This document shows positions 30,401 to 39,598 of a stretch of 64,000 nucleotides of DNA, piece by piece; the first letter of the stretch is position 1; each line of letters starts with the position of its first letter. The DNA lies in contig JANWJQ010000046.1 in the NCBI GenBank assembly GCA_025451875.1, positions 13,218-77,217 of the forward strand. Reading direction: 5' to 3'. The stretch comes from Rhizomicrobium sp. (GTDB taxonomy: Bacteria > Pseudomonadota > Alphaproteobacteria > Micropepsales > Micropepsaceae). The notes beneath the pieces were generated by a model. That model ran no database searches. It saw only the letters and a program-made list of their open reading frames with translations, and was not told the DNA's origin. A program made the translations under genes and the position numbers.

Positions 30401-30760
30401 GCGGGCGTCCTGTCTCTGGACGTGCAGCGCGGACATCTGAGCACGCCGCGCCTTCTGGCCGGTGGCGATGCCGACTTGAACCGCCTTTCCGGCGGCATCG
30501 GGCTGGATCTCACCGCGAAGCTGGCCTGGGTGCACGATTTCGGCGGCACGATTGCGCGGACAGACGCTGTGCTGGACGGCGCACCGCTGGCAGGGTTCTC
30601 AACACTGTCCAGCCGGACCGGACGGGACGCGGCGCTGGCGGATATCCGCGCGGCGAAAACGATCAGCGAAACGGTCAGTGCTTTCGTCGAATATGGTGTT
30701 GAAGCGCGTTCGCGCGCGACAAGCCAGATGGTATCGGCCGGCTTGCTGGTTCGCTTCTGA
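27479..30760 (+). CDS. Autotransporter (type Va) with Kelch-like beta-propeller passenger
   Basis: Signal peptide; repeated hydrophobic-GG motifs; GTLRPGNSPGTL linker; C-terminal barrel-like region ending in F. Confidence 0.8.
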   Translation: MASGNVTFRSLLIASAAAVMFWATAAQAQNQTPDVTLPSSSASLPYNLSLAVDDFGTTPMPTLQSFAGAQLDGDWVMLGGRTNGLHGFTFSGTTNFPPADQNHTVWIVDPVTKQSWSRSLDGSGLPVSIIDALSSTAQESTQVGSQLYVVGGYGFDTTTNAFLTYDTLTSIDLNGLIAWVKGSSSAPPISSIFRTIQDPSLQVTGGELSEVNGRAMLVFGQNFDGDYNPTANGHYTDQVRSFDIVDTGSSLSITNVSATPSPGDESIYRRRDYNLIDIMHSDPATGALSEELVALGGVFTATGGAWTVPVTIGADGVPHMADPAAPDTLKMGLNLYSSASFSTFSQVTGVDYATLFGGISGGTFDPATNTFNADPELPFNNVITTIVIDKNGKLSQDLMTTEFPTLLSQSVNPGNQLLFGASSRFFAAAGIPQFDNGVIDLDAVMAEATSDSVTLGYVFGGIESTLPNTNSSADSMASNTVFTVTIDLPRLIDINSAGTVTSGTDDVGRRLLVENASAEYVIPTGSNVLAYGGGTVQSGMFAVNGVFEGRDLLVAGDGTLRGTGVIDAATTVAGTLRPGNSPGTLTFTHSVVQSAGSTLMLDIDGTGTGNGAGNYSRVVVTGPLSTYTAGGTIAPVLRGLTGSATNSFSPTLGQHFTVVTAEGGVSGMFSSLTEPASGLAPGTRFDVFYDATSIDLVVTPLSYAHLDALGGHDTHNRSAAGTGIDGLRGAPGNVPTGDQGVVVNAVYSVPVTDLGPSLDQIAGSVHGDALAAASSLSRLFTSAIQTGGSDSGVAASLVGGLPQGDFAALNAPMSVTPAELSNTSPFWAHAVGQWTTINSDGNAPGNRDSAGGIVAGFDLIRAPDRTLGIAAGYAVSDVHTEDAAAAHVKATQFILYGSLTEGLWRFDQNISAGYSHFKTKRLIEIGGLTRTASGNADGWSASGDFAVHYGDGVVVPFGEFRYDYVLRDAFDETGAGVLSLDVQRGHLSTPRLLAGGDADLNRLSGGIGLDLTAKLAWVHDFGGTIARTDAVLDGAPLAGFSTLSSRTGRDAALADIRAAKTISETVSAFVEYGVEARSRATSQMVSAGLLVRF

Positions 30761-30897
30761 ATGGCGGGCCAGGGTGCGCCCTTAACCTCGTCCGTCCGCG
30801 GGTAGCCATCCAGCTTCTCCTTATTTTTCCGGCGCAACAGGCGCTTTTCACCGTCTTTGGGGCAGACCTGTTGCGCGCAGATATCACCTGGCCAAAG

Positions 30898-30923
30898 ATA
30901 TTCATCCGTATGTGAATGAATAT
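30898..30923. promoter_or_regulatory. Inverted repeat upstream of TBDR (putative TetR operator)
   Basis: ATATTCAT-N10-ATGAATAT. Confidence 0.45.
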
Positions 30924-31006
30924 TGACGGATGGCCGCTTTCCTGCCAGCGTCACGAAACGTGCCGAAGAGCGCGGGGATCGCCTACGGGCGAAAGGGGAG
31001 GAATAC

Positions 31007-33385
31007 ATGAGGCTCAAACTAGGCCTATCGACATCTGTTCTTGCGCTTGTTTGCTGCGGTGCGGTTCACGCCCAGACGGCATCCGATAGCGCTGGATCAT
31101 CCGCCAGCACCTCCAAAAGTGGTATCGAGGAAGTGGTGGTAACGGCGGAACGCCGCTCCGAGAATCTGATGACGACGCCGACAACCGCGAGCGTCTTGAC
31201 CGGTGATGATCTACAGAACCGCGGCGTCCTGAACGTCAACGATCTGCAGTTCCTCGCTCCCAACCTGACGGTCAACGATCTGGGGCAAGGCATCGACTTC
31301 GACATTCGCGGCATCGGCAAGGGTGAACACAACAGCCAGACGCCGATCGGCGTGGTTCTGTACCGCGACGGAGCCTCCACCTTTCCGGGCTATCTGACCG
31401 CAGAGCCGTTCTACGACATTAAGAGCGTCGAAGTGTATCGCGGTCCGCAAGGCACATTCGTAGGCCAGAACGCAACTGGTGGCGCGGTATTCGTCAATAC
31501 AAACGATCCCGAAATCGGCGGCGGCTATGGCGGCTACGTCATGGGTCAATACGGCAATTACAACGACCAAGGACTACAAGGTGCCGTCAACATTCCCATC
31601 TCCGACGACTTGGCTATTCGCGTTTCAGGATTTGGCGAGAAAAGAGACAGCTTTTATACGATGACGGATAGCAACCCGGCAGATAACTGTCCGCATGACA
31701 AATATGTGGGCTGCAAGCCGGGTTACAATAACGCCAACCTGAAACAAGCTGCCGGCCGCGTAAGCGTCCTGTGGCAACCGACGAGCAATTTCACCGCTTC
31801 GCTTAAATATGACGCGCTTTATCAGGACTTCGGCGCTGCTCCCGCCGTTCCCTACTCGCAGTTGCTGCCACTCGGCGCTCCGGTGGCGCCTTACGGCGTC
31901 CCCAATAACTATCACGACAGCAATCTCTTCCACGTCCGCGCGGACGCGCCGGAGGGCCGCTTAGATCGGATGCAGCGCGCGATCTTGAAACTCGACTATG
32001 TGTTTGGAGACGGCATCAAGCTTCGGTCCATCTCCGATTACAATGTCGGCAACACCCGCTGGCGCACTGATCTCGATCTCACGGACAGCACAAATCCGGG
32101 GGACTTTCCGTATTTCGGGCCGGGTACCACCGGGGGCTGGCTCTTCTTCGACAATGTCGGCGAAAAAGTCTATTCGCAGGAATTCGACCTAATTTCTCCG
32201 GACGACCAGCGGATTACCTGGGTGCTTGGCCTGTATGGACAGGAAAACGACTACTCCTGGAATAAGCCCTACCAGTTCTACATCACCGTTGGACCGCGTT
32301 TCCCCGATCCAACACCCAATCCAGCCAATTTTTATCAGTATGGATCCTATACGTTCCAGGGAAAGACGACCAATCGAAACCTCGCGGCCTTCGGGCAGGT
32401 CGAGGCCAAGCTCAGCGACGATGTTTCGATTTCGCTGGGCGGACGCTGGACGACGGCACGCTCGAAGAACGACGCCATTTTCTGGAGTTATGGCGGAACG
32501 CCATTTGGCACGCCCGCTTTCGACAACAACTCACAGTCGTCATCTCATCTCACTTACAAGGCGGCGATCGACTGGAAAGTCAACGAAGGCGATTACCTTT
32601 ATGGTTTCGTGGCGACTGGCTACACGGGCGGCGGTCTGAACCCCGCGCCCGATGCCTTTACCCCGCAGCAGTTCGGCCCGGTGACAGACACTGACTACGA
32701 ACTCGGCTGGAAGAGGTCGTCCTGGTTCGATGGACATTTGCGCACGGAGGTGAACGCCTTCTATACGGAGTACAATGATTTTCAGGTCACGCTGCCTGAT
32801 CCAGCAGCTCCGCTGAAGACTTACGAGGTCAATCTTCCCGAGGCGACCATAAACTATGGCGCCGAAGCCGAGGTGCAGGGCACGTTTGGGTCATTCTCCT
32901 TCACCGGCAGCGTCGGTTTGCTCAAGACCAAGATCGGAAATTTCTGGGGAATCGATCCGGCATACAACCAACTTGCGGCTCTCTATCCGGGCACTTGTAA
33001 TCCGTCGGCGGGCCCGACGGGGGGTGTTCAGCCCTACTGCATCAATGTGAAGGGCAATCCGATCACCTACGCGCCCAGCTTCACCTACAATGTCAGTGCC
33101 CAGTACGCATTCAGTCTGGGCAATGACAGCACCCTGACTCCACGCATCAGTTTCGCGCACGTGTCGACCCAATGGGCGTCCATATTCGATAATGCTGCCG
33201 TGGGCTACAAGCTTGGCGCGCGCAATTTGCTCGATGGGCAACTTGAGTATGGCACCGGCAGCTGGCTCGTGACGCTCTACGGCACCAACCTGACGAACCA
33301 GCAATACGTGGCGTCCAACAATTCTGGCGGTCTCTATGCAGGTTTGCCGCGTCAATACGGGATACGCCTGACCAAGACGTTCTAA
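31007..33385 (+). CDS. TonB-dependent receptor
   Basis: GGGGAGG RBS, signal peptide, IEEVVVTAERR, VEVYRGPQGT, terminal F. Confidence 0.95.
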   Translation: MRLKLGLSTSVLALVCCGAVHAQTASDSAGSSASTSKSGIEEVVVTAERRSENLMTTPTTASVLTGDDLQNRGVLNVNDLQFLAPNLTVNDLGQGIDFDIRGIGKGEHNSQTPIGVVLYRDGASTFPGYLTAEPFYDIKSVEVYRGPQGTFVGQNATGGAVFVNTNDPEIGGGYGGYVMGQYGNYNDQGLQGAVNIPISDDLAIRVSGFGEKRDSFYTMTDSNPADNCPHDKYVGCKPGYNNANLKQAAGRVSVLWQPTSNFTASLKYDALYQDFGAAPAVPYSQLLPLGAPVAPYGVPNNYHDSNLFHVRADAPEGRLDRMQRAILKLDYVFGDGIKLRSISDYNVGNTRWRTDLDLTDSTNPGDFPYFGPGTTGGWLFFDNVGEKVYSQEFDLISPDDQRITWVLGLYGQENDYSWNKPYQFYITVGPRFPDPTPNPANFYQYGSYTFQGKTTNRNLAAFGQVEAKLSDDVSISLGGRWTTARSKNDAIFWSYGGTPFGTPAFDNNSQSSSHLTYKAAIDWKVNEGDYLYGFVATGYTGGGLNPAPDAFTPQQFGPVTDTDYELGWKRSSWFDGHLRTEVNAFYTEYNDFQVTLPDPAAPLKTYEVNLPEATINYGAEAEVQGTFGSFSFTGSVGLLKTKIGNFWGIDPAYNQLAALYPGTCNPSAGPTGGVQPYCINVKGNPITYAPSFTYNVSAQYAFSLGNDSTLTPRISFAHVSTQWASIFDNAAVGYKLGARNLLDGQLEYGTGSWLVTLYGTNLTNQQYVASNNSGGLYAGLPRQYGIRLTKTF

Positions 33386-33398
33386 CCGATGCTCCCTG

Positions 33399-33440
33399 TC
33401 GGCCGCCGGCGTCCCATTTGCCGGCGGCCGAGCTTCTTTC
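33399..33440 (+). terminator. Terminator-like hairpin after TBDR
   Basis: TCGGCCGCCGGC-N9-GCCGGCGGCCGA then CTTCTTTC. Confidence 0.6.
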
Positions 33441-33459
33441 AGCGTTCTCTCACAGGCTC

Positions 33460-35019
33460 ATGCAATCTTACGCTCTCACGGTAGACAAATTTCTCGATCA
33501 CGCCGCCAAGTGGTGGGGAGACCGCGAGATTGTCACCGGAGGGGGCGGCCGCATCGGTTATGCCGCCTTGCGCACGCGCAGCAACCGGTTGTCGGGCGCT
33601 CTCGAGAAACTGGGGCTGCGCGTCGGCGATCGGGTGGGAACGCTCGCGTGGAATACTCAGCATCATCTTGAGATGTACTACGGCGCGATGGGTGCGGGCT
33701 TCGTTTGCCACACGCTTAATCCACGCCTGACAGTCGCGCATCTGGCCGTGATGGTGAACGAAGCAGAAGACCGTATTCTGGCCGTTGGTGCCGGCCTCGC
33801 GGACATGGCGCTCGAGCTTGTGTTCCATTGTCCGGGGATTGAAGCGGTCGTGCTGCTGGATAGTGCGCAGGCCGAACTGCGGGCGATCTCCGACCGCCGC
33901 ACCTTCGCGTTCGAAGATCTTCTCGTCAGGCTCGGCGAAGAGACGAAGTGGGGCGACTTCGATGAAGAAGCGCCGGCGGGACTTTGTTACACATCGGGCA
34001 CGACCGGTGCACCGAAGGGCGTGCTCTACACCCATCGCTCCAACTACCTGCACACGTTGCGGGCATTGCAGGCCGATGCGATCGCGCTGACGTCGGCCGA
34101 TTCGATCCTCGTCGCGGTTCCGATGTTTCATGCGAACGGTTGGGGATTTCCGTTTGCGGCGCCGGCTGTCGGGGCAAAGCTCGTTCTACCCGGACGCCAA
34201 GCGGACGGTGCGAATATGGCCAGGCTCATCCGCGAAGAAAACGTCACCATCGCGGCGGGTGTCCAGACGGTTTGGCAGAGCCTGATGGACTATCTCGACG
34301 CGACAGGCGGCGATGTTCCGACGCTGGAGCGCGTGCTCATCGGCGGGTCGTCATGCCCGGATGCGCTGATCGAACGCATGGAGCAACGCCTCCAAGCGCG
34401 CGTGCAGACGAGTTGGGGCATGACCGAACTCTCGCCGCTTGGCACAGCTGCGCCTCCGCGCGGACCCGAACGGGCCGTGGGTGCAGGCCGCATGCCTGTG
34501 GGACTCGATATGAAACTCACCGATGCAGCCGGAAACGCACTTCCCCAGCAGAGGAATGTCACGGGACATCTGAAGGTGAAGGGGGCCAGCGTCGTCGATC
34601 GCTACTTCAAAGCCGAGAAGAAGGCGCTAGACAGTGAAGGTTATTTCGATACCGGCGACCTTGCCATGATCGATGATGACGGCAACCTCACCATCACCGG
34701 TCGCTCCAAGGACTTGATCAAATCGGGGGGTGAGTGGATCAATCCGGGAGAAATCGAAGGGATCATCGGGCGGCTGCCGGGCGTGGGGCTGGTTGCGGTG
34801 ATCGGCAAGTCGGACGCCAAATGGGGAGAGCGCCCGATCCTGATTGTCGAGCCGCAGAAGAGCCATACCATCGACGACAAGACCCTCCTGGAGGCGCTTC
34901 GCGGCAATGTCGCCGATTGGTGGATTCCGGACCAGGTGATTCAGGTGGCGCATATGCCACTGGCGCCTACGGGAAAAATTGACAAGAATCGCCTTCGCGC
35001 AGAATACGCAACGGCCTGA
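33460..35019 (+). CDS. Acyl-CoA ligase (AlkK/DmdB-like AMP-binding enzyme)
   Basis: LCYTSGTTGAPKG, PMFHANGWG, WGMTE, DLIKSGGEWI, TGKIDK; start uncertain, no clear RBS. Confidence 0.88.
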   Translation: MQSYALTVDKFLDHAAKWWGDREIVTGGGGRIGYAALRTRSNRLSGALEKLGLRVGDRVGTLAWNTQHHLEMYYGAMGAGFVCHTLNPRLTVAHLAVMVNEAEDRILAVGAGLADMALELVFHCPGIEAVVLLDSAQAELRAISDRRTFAFEDLLVRLGEETKWGDFDEEAPAGLCYTSGTTGAPKGVLYTHRSNYLHTLRALQADAIALTSADSILVAVPMFHANGWGFPFAAPAVGAKLVLPGRQADGANMARLIREENVTIAAGVQTVWQSLMDYLDATGGDVPTLERVLIGGSSCPDALIERMEQRLQARVQTSWGMTELSPLGTAAPPRGPERAVGAGRMPVGLDMKLTDAAGNALPQQRNVTGHLKVKGASVVDRYFKAEKKALDSEGYFDTGDLAMIDDDGNLTITGRSKDLIKSGGEWINPGEIEGIIGRLPGVGLVAVIGKSDAKWGERPILIVEPQKSHTIDDKTLLEALRGNVADWWIPDQVIQVAHMPLAPTGKIDKNRLRAEYATA

Positions 35020-35088
35020 ATCGGGCGGGACGGAGCCACCCAGCCAAATGGCTGGCCGGGAAACTTCGGCGCACGTTACAAGGGTCGA

Positions 35089-35781
35089 ATGATGAAACGA
35101 ACCAAGTCGAAGCCCGTCAAGAAAGCCGCCAAGGCAGCGCCCCGCACCAAGGCCGAGCAGCGCGCCGAGACGCTGGAGCAGATTCTGGACGCTGCGGAGT
35201 ATTTGTTCTCCAAGCATGGCCTTTATGGCGTGACCTTGCGCGATGTGGCCCAGAAGGTTGGCGTGCACACGTCGCTCATGCACTACTATTTCGAAGACAA
35301 GTTTGCCTTGTTCAAGGAGGTCTTCGTCCGGCGCGCTGCCGTGACCAGCGAGCGCCGCATGAAAGCGCTCGACCAGTACGAGAAGGAAGTGAAGGGAAAG
35401 CCGACGGTCGCCGGTGCGCTGCACGTCTTTCTGGACACCGACTTCGATCTTTATATGAGCGGCGGCGAAGGCTGGAAAAACTACGGCGCCTTCGGATCGC
35501 AACTATCCAATACGCCGGAAGGCGGCGCCATGTTTGATGAGCATTTCGATCCGGTGGTGCTGCGCTTGATCGGGTTGCTGAAGAAAGCGCTCCCGGGCAT
35601 TCCCGAAGAAGACATCTTCTGGGGGTATCACTTCGTGACCGGCAGCTTCATGCACTCGCTGTCGCGCAGTGGACGTCTTGACCGCCTTTCGAGCGGGCTC
35701 TGCAAGTCCGATGACCTCAAAGCCATCAAAGCGCGCATGGCCGATTTCATGGCCGCCGGATTCTCGGCGTTGAAGAAATAG
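35089..35781 (+). CDS. TetR family regulator
   Basis: ILDAAEYLFSKHGLYGVTLRDVAQKVGVHTSLMHYYF HTH. Confidence 0.92.
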   Translation: MMKRTKSKPVKKAAKAAPRTKAEQRAETLEQILDAAEYLFSKHGLYGVTLRDVAQKVGVHTSLMHYYFEDKFALFKEVFVRRAAVTSERRMKALDQYEKEVKGKPTVAGALHVFLDTDFDLYMSGGEGWKNYGAFGSQLSNTPEGGAMFDEHFDPVVLRLIGLLKKALPGIPEEDIFWGYHFVTGSFMHSLSRSGRLDRLSSGLCKSDDLKAIKARMADFMAAGFSALKK

Positions 35782-35790
35782 CCCCGCCGA

Positions 35791-37431
35791 TCAGGGGCAC
35801 CCCTTCTGATCGGTGAGTGTCGGCGAAACGATGCCGACATTCCAGTTCCAGGGCTGATCGCCGCTGACTTTGCGACGGCAAACAGCTTCCTCGTGCAGTT
35901 CGTACATCCCCGGCAGTAGATGATCGGCAGGATGTGGCGCGTTTGTGAAATCCATATAGGCTTCCGCGGATCCGAACGGCTGCCATGCGGGCGCGTCCTG
36001 TGCTTGCGGATGTCCGGTGCGCGCGAAGCTGGTCCAATAGTCGAGCATCGCATCAGACAGCTTTGCCTCATTCGGCGTCGCCGGAATCTTCGGCCAGAGC
36101 GGCGGCGTGTGATCCATTGTACCGAACACGAACGGTAGCTCACTTCCGTGGAATGCGTGGTAGCCGGCGGAATCTTCCGCCGGATAGCCATGGTCGAAGA
36201 AATACAGGAAGGATGGTTGACCGATGGCCGTCTGCCTTCGGACAAGCCGCTCTGACGTCCAGCCATAGAGTGCATCGCGCGTCGTCGCCCAGATGCTCTC
36301 CTGCAGATTGGTGCTGGGATAAAGCTTCAGGAACTCATCCGCGAGGTCGCCATAGCTGGCGCGAATGGCTTTCTCATAATCGGCAGCACTTGCGGGCGGC
36401 GGCGGCGCGAGAATCCGGAGCGAACGGATTTCGCCGGCGTTGAATCCCGCGAGGATCGGCACTGGCGCCTGCTCTCTCTTGTCGAAAACATCAACGAGTT
36501 GCGCCGGCAGGATGTGGCCGTCGATCGCGCCGAATGGCGCGAAAAGCGCCGCAGCCGCGGCGGCCGTGAGCGTCTGCGGATCCATTGCGCGCAGTGCGGC
36601 GATATTTGACGCATGAAGCGCAGCAGCAAGCTTTACGCCGCTATCCTCTGCGGAGGGCGTGCCATGTTCGCGCTGTTTCAGCGCTTGCGTGGAAACCATA
36701 TAGGCGCTTTGTGCGATGGCTTTCGCGAACAATCCGCGCGCTTCGGGCGATGCCATCAGATACATGACGCTGAGACCGCCGGCGGACTCGCCGGCGATGG
36801 TCACGTTCGATGCGTTGCCGCCAAAGGCACCAATGTTGCTTTTCACCCAGCGCAACGCCTGAATCTGATCGAGCAGGCCGTAATTGCCGGAGATGTTGAG
36901 CGGCGACTCCGCGCTGAGTTCGGGATGGGCGAGCCAGCCCAGAACGCCGAGGCGGTAGTTGATCGTCACAACAACGATGCCGCGCTTGGCCATCTGTGCC
37001 CCGTCATAGAGCGGATCGCGGCTGGCGCCGCCCCATAACGCGCCGCCATAGATCCAGAAGAATACCGGCGCGTTATGCGCGTTGGCGGGCGCCCAGATGT
37101 TCAACGTCAGGCAATCCTCGCTCATGGGCAAAGGATCGGCCGAGTAGATGTTTGAGAGTGCGCTCTTGAGCTGGACACATTCGGGGCCGTATTCGGTCGC
37201 GTTTTTGATGCCCGACCAGCGCGGCATCGGTACGGGCGCTTTCCAGCGCAGCGGCCCTACGGGCGGTAAAGCATATGGTATCGCCTTGAAAACATGCATC
37301 GTGCCTTCGGTCGTGCCTTGCAGCTGACCAGCGGGCGCATTCACCGTGGCCGTTTGCGCGGCCTGGGATGCGGAGGTTGCCGCGACAGCGAGAGCGGCTG
37401 CGAGGCAGAGGATAAGACGGCGAGCGATCAT
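35791..37431 (-). CDS. Exported type-B carboxylesterase
   Basis: Signal peptide, SEDCLTLN, YGG oxyanion loop, GESAG nucleophile, FHGSE. Confidence 0.93.
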   Translation of the reverse strand: MIARRLILCLAAALAVAATSASQAAQTATVNAPAGQLQGTTEGTMHVFKAIPYALPPVGPLRWKAPVPMPRWSGIKNATEYGPECVQLKSALSNIYSADPLPMSEDCLTLNIWAPANAHNAPVFFWIYGGALWGGASRDPLYDGAQMAKRGIVVVTINYRLGVLGWLAHPELSAESPLNISGNYGLLDQIQALRWVKSNIGAFGGNASNVTIAGESAGGLSVMYLMASPEARGLFAKAIAQSAYMVSTQALKQREHGTPSAEDSGVKLAAALHASNIAALRAMDPQTLTAAAAAALFAPFGAIDGHILPAQLVDVFDKREQAPVPILAGFNAGEIRSLRILAPPPPASAADYEKAIRASYGDLADEFLKLYPSTNLQESIWATTRDALYGWTSERLVRRQTAIGQPSFLYFFDHGYPAEDSAGYHAFHGSELPFVFGTMDHTPPLWPKIPATPNEAKLSDAMLDYWTSFARTGHPQAQDAPAWQPFGSAEAYMDFTNAPHPADHLLPGMYELHEEAVCRRKVSGDQPWNWNVGIVSPTLTDQKGCP

Positions 37432-38747
37432 CAGAGTGCGTCTCCGCTTGCGAGTTGTTCTTCTCTAAGCACGCGCGCCAGCCACAGGAACAGCGCGATT
37501 GCGACGATGTAAAAAGGTACGAGCAGCCAGAAGGCGAGTTGCAGGGAATTGTGCGGATGGTTTGCGTGGAAGTAATCGCTCGCCGCACCGACAAAAGTCG
37601 GGCCGATGCCCATGCCCATCAGATTCATCACCAGCAGCAACAATGCGCCGGACATGACGCGCTGATCGGGACGCACTTCTTCCTGAACCAGCGTGACAGA
37701 CGACGAGAGATAGAAATAATTCAAGGAGAATGGGCCGATGAGGAAGACTAGCGCGAGCTGCCATGTCGGCGCCCAGATAAATCCGATGAAAAAGGGGATC
37801 GCCAAGGCAAGCGATGCAGCCGGAACCAGCGCGTAGGCTTGCTTCCAGCGGCGCGTGAATCGGTCGAGCACTCTTCCGGATATGAAAATACCCGCGCTCA
37901 TGCCGATACCGGTCACCAGTGCGGACCAGATCGCGACTTCACCAAGCGTCATGCCTTTTTCGCGCATGAGGAAGAGGGTGGTGAAACCACCCGCGCCATA
38001 GGTGATGATCTGCGTGACGCCGCTTCCCAGTGCCGCGAGCACGAGCGAACGCTTGGAAAAGAATGCAACAATCGTCTGCCATAATCCGGACCTGGCGTCC
38101 TTTGCCGATTGATAGGGATGATCGAGCCCGCCGCGAACGGGTTCGCGAACGATGATCCGCAGTAGCAGCGCGGCAAGCAGCCCGATCGAACCCAAAACAA
38201 TGAAGGCGTCGCGCCAGCTATAGGCCGCGGCGATAGAGGCGCCGAACGCCGTTCCCAGCGCCGCGCCAATCGGAGGACCGAGATTATAGATGCTGAGCGC
38301 CGTGCCACGGCGGCCGGACGGAAAGTAATCGGAGACAATCGCGTAGGAGGGTGGCACGCCGCCGGCTTCGCCAAAACCCACCGTCATGCGCGCGGCGGCG
38401 AGTTGGCCGTAGCTCGATGCGACGCCGCAGGCCATGGTCGCGCCGCTCCAGATCGCGCACGCGATCGTCAGCACCCAGACGCGGTTCGTCTTGTCGGCAA
38501 GCCAGCCTACCGGGATGGCGATGAGGCAATAGAAGAGGGCGAAGAAGAGCCCGCTGATCAGGCCCAATTGCCCATCGGTGATGTGCAGGCTGTCCTGGAT
38601 GGGTTTGGCGAGGATCGACAGCAAGGACCGATCCAGGAAATTCAGCACATAGATAAAGCACAGCATGCCGAGCACGGCCCAGGCGCGCGCGCCGGGCTGT
38701 GTCGCGGTTGGGAAAACACCGGCTTCGGCGGAGACCTCCGTGACCAT
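37431..38747 (-). CDS. MFS transporter (Spinster-like)
   Basis: NFLDR, GWLADKTNR motif A, VGFGEAG, about 12 hydrophobic segments. Confidence 0.92.
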   Translation of the reverse strand: MVTEVSAEAGVFPTATQPGARAWAVLGMLCFIYVLNFLDRSLLSILAKPIQDSLHITDGQLGLISGLFFALFYCLIAIPVGWLADKTNRVWVLTIACAIWSGATMACGVASSYGQLAAARMTVGFGEAGGVPPSYAIVSDYFPSGRRGTALSIYNLGPPIGAALGTAFGASIAAAYSWRDAFIVLGSIGLLAALLLRIIVREPVRGGLDHPYQSAKDARSGLWQTIVAFFSKRSLVLAALGSGVTQIITYGAGGFTTLFLMREKGMTLGEVAIWSALVTGIGMSAGIFISGRVLDRFTRRWKQAYALVPAASLALAIPFFIGFIWAPTWQLALVFLIGPFSLNYFYLSSSVTLVQEEVRPDQRVMSGALLLLVMNLMGMGIGPTFVGAASDYFHANHPHNSLQLAFWLLVPFYIVAIALFLWLARVLREEQLASGDAL

Positions 38748-38980
38748 CGGTCAAAGGCCCTGGCTGTTAGACGGTGCGCCGGGCGAACGATTGCGCCGCC
38801 CCGCGAACGCGATGGCACCATTTTTCACGGAACGCCCTCCCTGAGACTTCGGCGCATGTATTGTTTTTTGCCAGCATGGGGCCGCGCGAGGGTAACGTCA
38901 ACATTCATTATAATGTGAGTGAATGAAATAGTTGCAGGCATCTGGGACGAGGCCGCACGCCAATTATGTGAGCGCGAAGA

Positions 38981-39598
38981 TCATTTCTTCGTAGTGCCGT
39001 AGAGAATGGCCGCAGACATTTCGCGATAGCGTCGCGCCAGCGAGTCGTTCGGGAGTGGCGGGCGCGTCTGGTTCACGCCGCGCGCGCCATCGGCGAGGAG
39101 GCGAGCGATCCGCTGCGGTGTAGCCGGTTTGGCGATGCGCAGAAGCTTACGCTTTTCGAGATTTTGCAACAGATCGGCAAGCTCGTTGTGGGTGCGGACA
39201 GCGAACTCGTTCATCACATCGCCGCACACCACGAATGCGGCATCGTTGACTTCTTTTCCAAAGGGCGAGGCACTGATATTGCGTCGCGCGTCGCCATATC
39301 GCGCGTCGAGCCAAGCGACGATCGTATCGACGGCGGTGGGCCGCTTGCTCGCCAGCACCTTTCGGGCGGCCGCGCTGCCGTTTTCCAATCCTTCATTGTT
39401 CTCCAGCTGGATCGTCGCGCGAAAGGCTTCTTCCTTGCTGCTGAAGTAGTGATAGAGCCCGCGCCGGGTCAGCTCGCATTCCTTGGCGAGAGTCACCATC
39501 GTCATGTTATCGAAGCCGTGGCGCAGAAAGGCATCACGCGCGCGGCCAGCGATTTTTAACTGTGAAGTCAAGGAAAGGGCTGGACCCGTTTTGCTCAT
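38981..39598 (-). CDS. TetR family regulator
   Basis: AFLRHGFDNMTMVTLAKECELTRRGLYHYFSSKE HTH. Confidence 0.85.
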   Translation of the reverse strand: MSKTGPALSLTSQLKIAGRARDAFLRHGFDNMTMVTLAKECELTRRGLYHYFSSKEEAFRATIQLENNEGLENGSAAARKVLASKRPTAVDTIVAWLDARYGDARRNISASPFGKEVNDAAFVVCGDVMNEFAVRTHNELADLLQNLEKRKLLRIAKPATPQRIARLLADGARGVNQTRPPLPNDSLARRYREMSAAILYGTTKK

